The notes beneath the pieces are model-generated. The model was not told the origin of the DNA. It made no database searches and saw only the letters and a program-made list of their open reading frames with translations. Positions 1 through 9,899 of a DNA stretch of 64,000 nt are shown in pieces. The DNA is taken from the NCBI GenBank assembly GCA_965224825.1, contig CBDDAG010000001.1, positions 1,147,705-1,211,704 of the forward strand, read 5' to 3'. Numbering within the stretch: position 1 is the stretch's first letter; every line of letters begins with the position of its first letter. The stretch is from Gammaproteobacteria bacterium (GTDB taxonomy: Bacteria; Pseudomonadota; Gammaproteobacteria; CAJXQU01). The position numbers were made by a program, and so were the translations under genes.

Positions 1-240
1 AAAGAAGCGGCTCCGGCAAAAGAACCTACCGATGCAGAAATCATCTCTACAGAAGATCACGAACTGAATTACGTTCTGAAGAAATACGGCAAACGATCAA
101 CGGCAGCTAACCGCAAGAAGTTCGTTACTTTGCTGGATGAATTCAAAGCAGATGCAGACTACGCACCACATCTTCGTGTGGAATTTTATAAATATCTCGA
201 AGATAAGAACGCATTCGATATTATGGAAGAACTGGGTTAA
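1..240 (+). CDS. 3' end of a gene upstream of rpsR, probably 30S ribosomal protein S6 with a C-terminal extension (partial)
   Basis: Frame 1 is open from base 1 to TAA at 238-240 ([34 protein letters not shown]...MEELG). Identity as rpsF is from synteny only; the S6 core is outside the window. Confidence 0.55.
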   Translation, partial: KEAAPAKEPTDAEIISTEDHELNYVLKKYGKRSTAANRKKFVTLLDEFKADADYAPHLRVEFYKYLEDKNAFDIMEELG

Positions 241-257
241 ACCGGAGGAGAATTATT

Positions 258-485
258 ATGGCACGTTATTTTAGACGCAAACGTTTTTGCAAATTCACCG
301 CTGAAGGTTATACCGAGATCGACTATAAAGATCTGAATACACTTAAAGCTTATGTTTCCGAATCAGGGAAAATAATGCCAAGTCGTGTATCGGGTACGAA
401 AGCCGGTTATCAGCGACAATTAAAAACAGCGATCAAGCGAGCACGTTTTCTTGCTTTGATCCCATACTGCGACTCTCACGAGTAG
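258..485 (+). CDS. rpsR: 30S ribosomal protein S18
   Basis: [14 protein letters not shown]...IDYKD...[11 protein letters not shown]...[16 protein letters not shown]; GGAGGAG RBS. Confidence 0.99.
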   Translation: MARYFRRKRFCKFTAEGYTEIDYKDLNTLKAYVSESGKIMPSRVSGTKAGYQRQLKTAIKRARFLALIPYCDSHE

Positions 486-499
486 AGTAGAAAAGAAAC

Positions 500-1399
500 A
501 TGCAAGCGCTGGCCGCGTATATATTGCGGGGTCGCATTCAGGCAGCCGGAGTTATCGGTCTGTTTGGAGCAGTAGGCTGGATATTTCCACTTTCCTTCCT
601 GCTGAGCTCTGCGGCCGCAGCGCTTGTCGTACTTAAAAAGGGTGCGAGAGAAGGGCTTTTAGCTCTGATCGGAGCAACCGTTTTTTGTACACTGGTGGCT
701 TCCATCCGATTTGGGACACCCGTTCTGGCAATCATGAATGCTTTGGCAATCTGGTTGCCAGTCTGGATAGCTGCACAGGTTTTAAGAACAAGTAGTTCAC
801 AGGCAAGCGTATTGATCGTTGTCATGATCATGTCGCTGATACTGGCGATTGGAATACGGTATTTTGTCGGGGATATAGAAACCTTTTGGCATGATAGTCT
901 GACAAAATATGCCAGCAAAATAGCCATTGTTGATAAGGCCGAAAGACAGGCCGACGTGATCAAGGTTCTGGCTGTGATAATGAACGGTTTTGTTGCTGTT
1001 TCATTTGGGCTAATGACTATGCTAAGTGTGTTGTTGGCGAGATGGTGGCAGTCATTACTTTTCAATCCCAATGGGTTTGGAGAGGAATTTCGCAAGATAC
1101 AGGTACCAGCACTGATCGCTGCACCAGTATTGATTTGTGCGATTCTGGTGGCCGTTGTGAAATTGCCGATACCGCCTTATGGCATGCTGCTGGATTTGTT
1201 AATGATTGGCCTGGCAACATTAATGTTTCACGGATTGGCCATTGTGCATTTCTTCGTAAAAGAAAAGCAATTGGGCAACGGTTGGATAGCCGGGTTATAT
1301 TTTTTCCTGATCGCAGCATCGGTTTATGTGATCAGTGTTTTGGCAATGCTGGCTATATCGGATAGTTTTTCGGATTTTAGAAAGTTAAAAAAAGGTTAG
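500..1399 (+). CDS. DUF2232/YybS-like integral membrane protein
   Basis: Multi-TM, LARWWQSLLFNPNGFGEEF motif; usual position between rpsR and rplI. Confidence 0.8.
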   Translation: MQALAAYILRGRIQAAGVIGLFGAVGWIFPLSFLLSSAAAALVVLKKGAREGLLALIGATVFCTLVASIRFGTPVLAIMNALAIWLPVWIAAQVLRTSSSQASVLIVVMIMSLILAIGIRYFVGDIETFWHDSLTKYASKIAIVDKAERQADVIKVLAVIMNGFVAVSFGLMTMLSVLLARWWQSLLFNPNGFGEEFRKIQVPALIAAPVLICAILVAVVKLPIPPYGMLLDLLMIGLATLMFHGLAIVHFFVKEKQLGNGWIAGLYFFLIAASVYVISVLAMLAISDSFSDFRKLKKG

Positions 1400-1450
1400 A
1401 AAATTAGGCAGCAAAGCTGCATGAATATAGAATTTTAGTGAGGAAATACG

Positions 1451-1903
1451 ATGGAAGTTATATTACTTGAAAAGGTCAACAAGCTGGGCGAACTGGGCGA
1501 CAAGGTCAACGTGAAATCAGGCTATGGCCGTAATTTCCTGATCCCGCAGAACAAAGCAGTTCCTGCAACTAAACAACATCTGGCTGAATTCGAAGCAAAA
1601 CGTGCTGAATTCGAAAAAGCAGAAAAAGAATCATTAGCAATAGCAGAAACAAGAGCTAAATCAATCTCTGCTCTGGCAGTCACGATTGCGCGTAATGCTG
1701 GTGAAGAAGGCAAACTATTCGGTTCCGTGACAAATGCTGATATTGCAGCAGCGGTGACAGAAGCAGGCGTTGAACTGGAAAAACGTGAAGTTCGTTTACC
1801 AGAAGGCCCAATTCACGAAATCGGTGAATACGACGTTGATTTGCATCTTCATGTTGATGTGAATACCACAGTGAAAGTTAACGTTGTAGCTGAAGAAGCA
1901 TAA
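1451..1903 (+). CDS. rplI: 50S ribosomal protein L9
   Basis: [13 protein letters not shown]...[20 protein letters not shown]. Confidence 0.99.
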   Translation: MEVILLEKVNKLGELGDKVNVKSGYGRNFLIPQNKAVPATKQHLAEFEAKRAEFEKAEKESLAIAETRAKSISALAVTIARNAGEEGKLFGSVTNADIAAAVTEAGVELEKREVRLPEGPIHEIGEYDVDLHLHVDVNTTVKVNVVAEEA

Positions 1904-1963
1904 CTAGAAAATAAAAAACTATAGCCTTATTTTTCTATATTAATTTAAGGGTATACTCTTCAG

Positions 1964-3361
1964 ATGAACGAACCATATCCAATGGAAATGGAATCTGGAG
2001 AACCCACACAGGCACTTAAGATCCCACCGCATTCCATCGACGCCGAGCAGTCACTGCTCGGCGGTTTGATGTTGGATGAAGATATCTGGAGCGAAATTTC
2101 TGCTCTGGTTCTTGAAAACGATTTCTATCGATCCGAACACCGCCTTATTTTTCAGGCAATGATCTCACTCGCTGCCAACGACACACCTGCCGATGTAGTG
2201 ACTGTTGCCGAGTGGCTGGATAATAATAACGAACTCGACAAGGCTGGCGGTCTTGCTTACGTTGCTTCACTCGCAGAAAATACACCGACAGCGGCCAACG
2301 CTGTTGCTTACGCTAATATCGTCAGAGAACGTTCAGTTCTTCGGCAGTTGATCCAGATAGGAACCACTATTGCTGGTAGCGGTTTTAATACTGAAGGCCG
2401 ATCAACAAAACAACTTCTGGATGAAGCAGAAAAACACGTTTTTGCAATTGCCGATCAACAGTCCCGTGGGCAGGGTTTTCGTAAAATTGGTGACTTGCTT
2501 GCTGGCGCACTTGATCGCATCCAACTTCTTTATGAGTCGGATAATCCGATCACGGGTGTTTCAACTGGCTTCAATGACTTTGATGAAATGACATCAGGTC
2601 TACAGAAATCTGATCTGGTTATTGTGGCGGGTCGTCCTGCTATGGGTAAAACCTCTTTTGCCATGAACATTGCCGAATCAGCTGCCATAAAAGATAATCT
2701 TCCTGTTGCTGTTTTCAGTATGGAAATGCCGGGCGAACAATTGGCCATGCGTCTTTTATCATCTCTTGGTCGCATTGATGCACACAGAATGCGGACAGGA
2801 AAACTCACGGATGAAGATTGGCCGAGACTGACTTCTGCCGTACAGATCATGCAGGATGCCCGATTTTATATCGACGATACACCGGCACTCTCACCCAATG
2901 AAATCCGTGCGCGTTGCCGTCGGATCAAGAAGAATGAAGGTGAGCTAGGATTGATCGTGATCGATTATTTGCAGTTAATGCAGGTGCATGGTTCAACAGA
3001 GAATCGAACCACAGAGATTTCAGAAATATCACGATCATTAAAAGCATTAGCCAAAGAATTAAGTGTTCCCGTCATGGCATTGTCTCAGCTCAACCGAAGC
3101 CTTGAACAACGCCCAAATAAACGTCCGATTATGTCAGACTTACGTGAATCGGGTGCGATCGAGCAGGACGCGGACGTGATCGTGTTTATATATCGTGACG
3201 AAGTTTACAATGAAGACAGTCCCGACAAAGGCACTGCCGAGATCATTATCGGTAAACAAAGAAATGGTCCCATCGGAACCAGTCGTCTGGCTTTCCTTGG
3301 CGAATATACCCGTTTTGAGAATTACACTCCTGATCCTTATGGCGGCGGTGACTTTGGATGA
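1964..3361 (+). CDS. dnaB: Replicative DNA helicase
   Basis: PPHSIDAEQ, Walker A GRPAMGKT, IDYLQLM, SDLRESGAIEQDAD. Confidence 0.99.
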   Translation: MNEPYPMEMESGEPTQALKIPPHSIDAEQSLLGGLMLDEDIWSEISALVLENDFYRSEHRLIFQAMISLAANDTPADVVTVAEWLDNNNELDKAGGLAYVASLAENTPTAANAVAYANIVRERSVLRQLIQIGTTIAGSGFNTEGRSTKQLLDEAEKHVFAIADQQSRGQGFRKIGDLLAGALDRIQLLYESDNPITGVSTGFNDFDEMTSGLQKSDLVIVAGRPAMGKTSFAMNIAESAAIKDNLPVAVFSMEMPGEQLAMRLLSSLGRIDAHRMRTGKLTDEDWPRLTSAVQIMQDARFYIDDTPALSPNEIRARCRRIKKNEGELGLIVIDYLQLMQVHGSTENRTTEISEISRSLKALAKELSVPVMALSQLNRSLEQRPNKRPIMSDLRESGAIEQDADVIVFIYRDEVYNEDSPDKGTAEIIIGKQRNGPIGTSRLAFLGEYTRFENYTPDPYGGGDFG

Positions 3362-4434
3362 CACGTCCCGCCCGTGTTGTCATTGATCTGAAAGCTGTCC
3401 GATCAAACCTGCAAACTGTTAAACGTTACGCACCTGATCAGAAAATCATGGCGATCATCAAAGCCGATGCCTATGGTCACGGCCTGGAACGGATCGCTAA
3501 TCAACTTGATGCAGCAGATGCTTTTGGTGTTGCTTGTATCGAAGAAGCGATCCGACTTCGTGATGCTGGATTCACCAAGTCGATCATCCTGCTCGAAGGA
3601 TTTTTTTCTAAACAAGAACTCAATCAATTATCTGATCTAAACATTCAAACCGTCATTCACCAGATGAATCAGCTGGAAATGATCGAAGAACTTCCTGCTG
3701 AAAAAGCCGTCAATGTCTGGCTGAAGATCGACACAGGAATGCACCGACTCGGTTTTGATCTTGATCAGGTTCAATCGGTTTATACAAGACTGCAAAAATC
3801 CATTGGCGCAAAAGATAAAGTGCGCTTAATGACACATTTTGCCTCCGCTCAGGAACGCGATCCTGTCTCCGTTGAAACACAACTGAAAAATTTCTTAGAT
3901 GTGAGTGCCGGTTTAAATGGCGAACACTGCTTGGCAAATTCCAGTGCTATTATGGAATGGCCGAAATCTCATGGCGACTGGGTTCGTCCCGGTTTAATGC
4001 TTTATGGTGTTTCACCTTTTGTCGAACAATCTGCACAAGATCTGGGCTTACAAACCGTTATGTCATTACAGTCTGAATTGATCTCGGTCAAACAGGCGAA
4101 GAAAGGCGAAAAGGTTGGTTATGGCGGCACCTGGGAATGCCCCGAAGATATGCTTATCGGTGTAGTAGCGATGGGTTATGGTGATGGCTATCCTCGTCAT
4201 GCTCAACCTGGCACACCAATGTTAATCAATGGAAAAGTGGCTCATTTGATCGGACGACCATCAATGGATATGTTGACAGTTGATCTACGCAAATATCCCA
4301 AAGCAAAAGTCGGCGACAATGTGATCTTGTGGGGAAAAGAACTACCCATCGAAGAAATTGCCCGTTGTGCCGAAACTATTCCTTACGAATTACTCTGCGG
4401 CATGCGAATGCGTGCACAGTTTGTTGAGAAATAG
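3358..4434 (+). CDS. alr: Alanine racemase
   Basis: AIIKADAYGHG PLP lysine, KIDTGMHRLG, GYGDGYPR; overlaps the dnaB stop. Confidence 0.98.
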   Translation: MTRPARVVIDLKAVRSNLQTVKRYAPDQKIMAIIKADAYGHGLERIANQLDAADAFGVACIEEAIRLRDAGFTKSIILLEGFFSKQELNQLSDLNIQTVIHQMNQLEMIEELPAEKAVNVWLKIDTGMHRLGFDLDQVQSVYTRLQKSIGAKDKVRLMTHFASAQERDPVSVETQLKNFLDVSAGLNGEHCLANSSAIMEWPKSHGDWVRPGLMLYGVSPFVEQSAQDLGLQTVMSLQSELISVKQAKKGEKVGYGGTWECPEDMLIGVVAMGYGDGYPRHAQPGTPMLINGKVAHLIGRPSMDMLTVDLRKYPKAKVGDNVILWGKELPIEEIARCAETIPYELLCGMRMRAQFVEK

Positions 4435-4448
4435 TCTGACTTAAATTT

Positions 4449-5819
4449 ATGGCTAAAGAAAAGAAACAATATAATTGCCAATCTTGCGGTGCGATCACAC
4501 ACAAGTGGGCAGGGCAGTGCGGTGATTGTGGCGAATGGAATACGCTCACCGAATCCATCGTAGCTCCAGCTGCGGCAACCAACGATCGCATTGGAAATTA
4601 TAGCGGCAGCACATCGAGCATTTGTAATCTTGATGAAGCGGATCTGACTGACGAAGTTCGTTATACCACTCACATGAGTGAACTTGATCGGGCGATGGGT
4701 GGCGGGCTTGTGACAGGTTCAGTTGTTTTGATCGGCGGTGATCCTGGCATTGGCAAATCAACTTTATTGTTACAACTGCTTGCTTCACTAACCAAAGACA
4801 ACATGAAAACCCTTTATGTCAGCGGTGAAGAATCTCCAAGACAGATCGCATTAAGAGGCAAACGCTTAGGACTTGATCTCACTGATCTTCGGCTACTCAC
4901 AGAAACCAATGTAGAACGTATTCTAAAAATCGCACAAAAAGAATCACCGAAAGTAATGGTGGTGGACTCCATTCAAACCATTCACACGGATCAACTAACA
5001 TCCGCACCTGGAAATGTTGCCCAGGTTAGAGAAAGTGCCGCCAAGATTGTTCGTTTCGCCAAACAAACTGGAATAACAATTTTGCTGGTGGGGCATGTTA
5101 CCAAAGACGGAACACTCGCAGGCCCTCGCGTGTTAGAACACATGGTCGATACTGTTCTCTATTTCGAAGGTGACAGTGGTAGTCGCTATCGTTTGATCAG
5201 AGCGATCAAAAATCGTTTCGGCGCCGTCAATGAACTGGGCGTTTTTGCGATGACCGACACAGGTTTGAAAGGCATCAACAATCCTTCCGCGATCTTTCTT
5301 TCACGCAATGAAGAAGATGCATCTGGATCGGTCGTGATGGTGACACGCGAAGGTACACGTCCTTTGATGGTTGAAGTTCAAGCGCTGGTTGATGAATCAA
5401 AATCATCCAACCCAAAACGAGTCGCTGTTGGTATGGATCAAAATCGTCTAGGAATGTTGCTTGCTGTTTTACATCGTCATGCAGGTATCGCAACTTACGA
5501 TCAAGATGTTTTTATTAATATTGTAGGTGGTGTTCGGATTACAGAAACTGGAGCTGATCTAGCTGTCCTTTTAGCTATTTTATCCAGCCTCAGAAGCCAG
5601 CCACTACCAACGGATTTGATCGTGTTTGGTGAAGTAGGTTTGACTGGAGAATTACGTCCGGTTCAGAATGGGCAAGAGCGATTAAAAGAAGCACAAAAAC
5701 ATGGATTCAAAAGAGCAATCATCCCTAAAGCCAATTTGCCTAAGCAAAAAATAAAAGGACTTGAGGTTCATGGTGCATCAACTTTAGATGTCGCGCTGAG
5801 ACTTTTGAGAGACATCTAA
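4449..5819 (+). CDS. radA: DNA repair protein RadA/Sms
   Basis: CxxC..CxxC zinc finger, GDPGIGKST, KNRFG motif. Confidence 0.98.
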   Translation: MAKEKKQYNCQSCGAITHKWAGQCGDCGEWNTLTESIVAPAAATNDRIGNYSGSTSSICNLDEADLTDEVRYTTHMSELDRAMGGGLVTGSVVLIGGDPGIGKSTLLLQLLASLTKDNMKTLYVSGEESPRQIALRGKRLGLDLTDLRLLTETNVERILKIAQKESPKVMVVDSIQTIHTDQLTSAPGNVAQVRESAAKIVRFAKQTGITILLVGHVTKDGTLAGPRVLEHMVDTVLYFEGDSGSRYRLIRAIKNRFGAVNELGVFAMTDTGLKGINNPSAIFLSRNEEDASGSVVMVTREGTRPLMVEVQALVDESKSSNPKRVAVGMDQNRLGMLLAVLHRHAGIATYDQDVFINIVGGVRITETGADLAVLLAILSSLRSQPLPTDLIVFGEVGLTGELRPVQNGQERLKEAQKHGFKRAIIPKANLPKQKIKGLEVHGASTLDVALRLLRDI

Positions 5820-5834
5820 ACTGAATTTGTTGAT

Positions 5835-6575
5835 CTAGCTCTTAAGAACTTCGATCAAAAGCTCTCGAACTTGTTGCATACCTTTGTTGAGATGTTCCTC
5901 AATTTCAGACATGGTGATCTCATTTTTCCCACCGCGACCAGCTGCATGGTTTGCAACAACGGCACAACAGGCATAGGCAATATCCAACTCTCGGGCGAGA
6001 GCCGCCTCAGGCATTCCAGTCATGCCAACAATGTCACAACCATCTTTTTCCAGCCGATCAATTTCAGCAGCGGTTTCTAAACGAGGGCCTTGAGTTGCGG
6101 CGTAAGTTCCACCTTCAAAAATATCGACACCAACATTTTTTGCAGCATTGATAATTCTTAATCGTAATGTCTGATCATAGGGATGGGTGAAATCGATATG
6201 AATAACTTTCCCTGATCCGCCTTCGTAAAAAGTATTTTCGCGTCCCCAGGTGTAGTCGATAATCTGATCAGGAATGGCTATTCGTGCAGGCGTTAATTCT
6301 TTTGCGATCCCGCCGACGGCTGCAATGCTGATCACTTCTTTAACGCCAATTTCTTTTAATGCCCAGATGTTTGCACAATAATTTATCTTGTGTGGTGGAA
6401 TGGTGTGACCTGATCCATGTCTGGGAAGGAAAACGATTTCTTTTCCATCATGTTCACCAAAAGTTAGAGGTCCGGAAGGTTCACCATATGGGGTACGCAT
6501 GACACGTTTTTTTGTGATGTTGATGCCTTCAAGTTTATTGAGGCCGGTGCCGCCGATGATTGCTAGTTCTACCAT
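5835..6575 (-). CDS. mtnP: S-methyl-5'-thioinosine/thioadenosine phosphorylase
   Basis: AIIGGTG, FLPRHG..HTIPPH, GPRLETAAE, VGMTGMPEA. Confidence 0.9.
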   Translation of the reverse strand: MVELAIIGGTGLNKLEGINITKKRVMRTPYGEPSGPLTFGEHDGKEIVFLPRHGSGHTIPPHKINYCANIWALKEIGVKEVISIAAVGGIAKELTPARIAIPDQIIDYTWGRENTFYEGGSGKVIHIDFTHPYDQTLRLRIINAAKNVGVDIFEGGTYAATQGPRLETAAEIDRLEKDGCDIVGMTGMPEAALARELDIAYACCAVVANHAAGRGGKNEITMSEIEEHLNKGMQQVRELLIEVLKS

Positions 6576-6717
6576 TGAATACCTCTGATAATGGTCTTCT
6601 TCCGCGATTGCGGCGTTAGCTCCGTACTCGAATCCTCATGTACATTTGTACATTCCGGTTCTCCGTGCGGTGCTGCCTTGCACTCACGAAACAATCCTCA
6701 TTTTCAGAGGCATTCAA
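6575..6717. repeat. MITE-like palindromic element (family A)
   Basis: 19-bp terminal inverted repeats TTGAATACCTCTGATAATG / CATTTTCAGAGGCATTCAA (17/19) and an internal ATGTACA-TT-TGTACAT hairpin. Confidence 0.8.
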
Positions 6718-6733
6718 ATACTTAAAATGTGTT

Positions 6734-7276
6734 TTAAGTTTTAATAGCAGATATTGTATCAAGATTTCGTAGATAACCTTTATAGTCCATGCCATAACCA
6801 ACAAGATATTCATTGTCTGCGATCAGACCCGTGAAGTCGGCTTTTTGTAAGCCAGGCCGTTCAGGCAGGTTTTTCTCGATCAGAACTGCTGTGAGTATCT
6901 GTTTTGCACCTTCTGCTTCACAGTAATCAATGATCGCTTCCAGTGTATGACCCTGGTCGAGAATGTCATCAACAATCAGAACAGTTCGATCAGCTAATTC
7001 CATTTCTGGTTGTTTTATCCAGTGAAGGTGGCCACCTTTTGTTTCGCCTCTGTAACGGGTTGCGTGAATGTAATCTAGCTGTAGAGGAAAGTTGAGGCGG
7101 GGTAATAGCAATCCTGTTGGAATGATGCCGCCGATAACTGTGCAGAGAATAATCGGGTTGGTGTCAGAAAGTTGTTCATTGATCTGATCAGCCATTTCAT
7201 CAAGCGCTTTTTCAACATCTGTTTTTGAAAAAAGTTGTCTGGAATTATTTTCGACATTTTTAATGTTTTCGGTCAT
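6734..7276 (-). CDS. hpt: Hypoxanthine-guanine phosphoribosyltransferase
   Basis: PRPP motif VLIVDDILDQGHTL, YLVGYGMDY. Confidence 0.93.
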   Translation of the reverse strand: MTENIKNVENNSRQLFSKTDVEKALDEMADQINEQLSDTNPIILCTVIGGIIPTGLLLPRLNFPLQLDYIHATRYRGETKGGHLHWIKQPEMELADRTVLIVDDILDQGHTLEAIIDYCEAEGAKQILTAVLIEKNLPERPGLQKADFTGLIADNEYLVGYGMDYKGYLRNLDTISAIKT

Positions 7277-8145
7277 TTTTCGATTTTGCCGAGTTGTTGT
7301 TTGCCAGAATAATCACGTGCAAAATGCCATGCTGATCGGCCACTTCTTGATCCATGTAACAACGCCCACTTTAATGCTTCTTTTTGCATTCTTTTCTGAT
7401 CAGCCAGATCAACATTCAATTCTTTTAACCAATGATCAACAATGCTCAAATACGCATCTTGATTGAAAGGATGAAAAGCCAGCCATAAACCGAATCGTTC
7501 CGAGAGCGAGATTTTTTCTTCTACGGCTTCACCATAATGGATCTCGGTATCGATCAGCTGTGCGTCGGCATTATCTTTTTCATATTCCGGTAAAAGATGT
7601 CGGCGATTAGAGCTGGCGTAAACAAGGATGTTTTCCGGTGTGCTGTTGATCGATCCATCGAGGACCACTTTGAGTGATTTGTAACTTGCGTCGTCCGCTT
7701 CAAAAGAAAGATCATCACAGAAAATAATAAACTTTTCCGGACGATCATAAAGTTGTTCGGCAATGTCTGGCAGTTCTTCGAGATGACGTTTTTCAACTTC
7801 GATCAGTCGTAATCCCTGATCAGAATATTCATTCAGGATTGCTTTGATCAGCGAAGATTTTCCGGTGCCGCGTGGTCCCCAGAGCAGGGCATTATTTGCA
7901 GGCAGTCCATATACAAATTGGCGAGTATTTTGATCCAGTTGTTGTTTCTGATTTTCAATACATTGAAGATCGGAAAGATTAACTGTCGAGATCCGCGGAA
8001 CGGTCTGAAGATAACCCTGTCTTCCATTATGTCGCCAACGAAAAGCTACAGGTCCTTCCCAATCAGTTTCGGCCGGAATCGGCGGGATCAGTTGCTCCAG
8101 CCGATCCAGAAATTGATGTGCTCGATCAAGCAGTGCCTTATCCAT
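7273..8145 (-). CDS. DUF815 family AAA+ ATPase
   Basis: ANNALLWGPRGTGKSS, FCDDLSF, YASSNRRHLLPE, EKISLSERFGLW. Confidence 0.9.
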   Translation of the reverse strand: MDKALLDRAHQFLDRLEQLIPPIPAETDWEGPVAFRWRHNGRQGYLQTVPRISTVNLSDLQCIENQKQQLDQNTRQFVYGLPANNALLWGPRGTGKSSLIKAILNEYSDQGLRLIEVEKRHLEELPDIAEQLYDRPEKFIIFCDDLSFEADDASYKSLKVVLDGSINSTPENILVYASSNRRHLLPEYEKDNADAQLIDTEIHYGEAVEEKISLSERFGLWLAFHPFNQDAYLSIVDHWLKELNVDLADQKRMQKEALKWALLHGSRSGRSAWHFARDYSGKQQLGKIEK

Positions 8146-8155
8146 CTTCCGAAAC

Positions 8156-9493
8156 TTAGTGGAACTTCAATCTTCTACGAGGTTTACGTGTCAGACGGTT
8201 CGCAAGGGCATGTAGAAATGTACCGAAATATCCATGCAGTGCAACCAGATGCATTTTGTAGAGTGACTTATAAATGAATCTTGCCATCAGACCCTCGATC
8301 ATGACGCTGCCACTCCACTTGCCCAGCAAATTACCCATCATGTTACCGACGGTTGTGTAAGAACTCAGGTTCACCAGTGAGCCGTAATCCACATATGTGT
8401 ATTCTGGTAGATCAAGATCGCCTTTCAAACGTCGCTTCATAGTCTTAACTAACATGGAAGCTTGTTGGTGAGCAGACTGGGCTCTTGGTGGTACCATTTC
8501 TTCTGAACCCGGTTCAACTGGGCATTGGGCGCAATCAGCAAAGGCAAAGATATTATCATCGCGTGTGGTTTGTAGTGTTGATTTGACGACTAGCTGGTTG
8601 ATGTTATTGGTTTCCAGACCATCAATTTCTTTTAGAAAATCCGGTGCTTTGATACCCGCAGCCCAGACTTTGATTTCGGAAGCGATAAAATGACCTGCTT
8701 CAGTATGGAAACCATCAGCAGTTGCTTCGGTAATTCGTTCACCGGTTCTCACATCAATATCGATCTTGTGTAAGGCATCGACAGTCGCTTGTGATAAGCG
8801 TTCAGGGAGAGCCGGAAGTATAGTATCAGCAGCCTCGATTAAAGAGATTTTAAGATCACGATCAGCATTAATATTTTCCAGACCATAAGCAACCAGTTCA
8901 CGGGTAGATTCATGCAGTTCTGCCGAAAGCTCTACACCTGTGGCACCAGCACCTGCGATGGCTACATGTAGCTGGCCTTCACGTAATTCTGTGGTAGAAG
9001 TCTGTGCGCTGTAACATTTTTTCAGCAGCAGTGAGTGAAATTTTTCAGCCTGCTCACGGTTGTCCAAAGAGTAGCAATGTTCGGCTATACCTTTGATGCC
9101 GAAATCATTTGTTGTACTTCCCACAGCAATGATCAGTGTGTCATATTCAAAGCTTCGTCGCGGAATAAACTCCATGCCGTCGTCATCAACGGTTGGTGCG
9201 AGATTAACTTCGCGTTTTTCACGATCAAGGCCATCCATGCGACCAAGACGAAAACGGAAATTGTGCCAGTTAGCCTGTGCCAGGTATTCCAGATCATCAG
9301 CATGTGAATCCAGTGTGCCCGATGCGATTTCGTGTAGCAGCGGTTTCCAGATATGTGTCAGGGTGCTATCGATCAGTGTGATCTCGGCTTTCTTCTTTTT
9401 GCCGAACTTATTACCCAGACTGGTAGCCAGTTCAATACCTCCGGCGCCGCCGCCAACGATGACAATTTTATGAGGTGATGAGGTTTCGGACAT
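8156..9493 (-). CDS. ndh: Type II NADH dehydrogenase
   Basis: GGGAGG FAD site, GAGATGVEL NAD site, PPRAQSAHQQA; ATG 9493 chosen because GGAGAG precedes it. Confidence 0.93.
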   Translation of the reverse strand: MSETSSPHKIVIVGGGAGGIELATSLGNKFGKKKKAEITLIDSTLTHIWKPLLHEIASGTLDSHADDLEYLAQANWHNFRFRLGRMDGLDREKREVNLAPTVDDDGMEFIPRRSFEYDTLIIAVGSTTNDFGIKGIAEHCYSLDNREQAEKFHSLLLKKCYSAQTSTTELREGQLHVAIAGAGATGVELSAELHESTRELVAYGLENINADRDLKISLIEAADTILPALPERLSQATVDALHKIDIDVRTGERITEATADGFHTEAGHFIASEIKVWAAGIKAPDFLKEIDGLETNNINQLVVKSTLQTTRDDNIFAFADCAQCPVEPGSEEMVPPRAQSAHQQASMLVKTMKRRLKGDLDLPEYTYVDYGSLVNLSSYTTVGNMMGNLLGKWSGSVMIEGLMARFIYKSLYKMHLVALHGYFGTFLHALANRLTRKPRRRLKFH

Positions 9494-9572
9494 TTTTAGG
9501 CTCTCCAAGGGAATTGCGCGTTATAATAACAGCATTATTAACCTGATAAAGTATAAGGTAAAGAACAAGATT

Positions 9573-9878
9573 ATGAATAAACAAGAAACAATAGAACTTG
9601 AAGCGGCTGCATTTCGTCGATTGGTCGAACATTTCAATACGAGAACCGATGTGCAGAATATTGATCTGATGAATCTGGCAGGTTTTTGCCGGAATTGTTT
9701 GTCCAAATGGTATCTTGCTGCAGCGGAAGAGCGTGATCTGGAAATGGATTATGACAAGGCTCGGGAGATCGTTTACGGCATGCCATATAGTGAGTGGAAA
9801 GATAAATATCAAAAAGAAGCTTCTGCTGATCAAATGAAAGCGTTTGATGAGTCGATCAAGCAACACGATTCAAAATAG
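9573..9878 (+). CDS. DUF1244 family protein
   Basis: ELEAAAFRRLV, DVQNIDLMNLAGFCRNCL. Confidence 0.9.
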   Translation: MNKQETIELEAAAFRRLVEHFNTRTDVQNIDLMNLAGFCRNCLSKWYLAAAEERDLEMDYDKAREIVYGMPYSEWKDKYQKEASADQMKAFDESIKQHDSK

Positions 9879-9899
9879 ACTGTAAGGAATAAAATAATA

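Noticed and set aside
6616-6813. 65-aa ORF across the palindromic element; similarly 16073-16294 and 27152-27415
   Set aside because: These frames run through repeats or the attC site with no coding signal.
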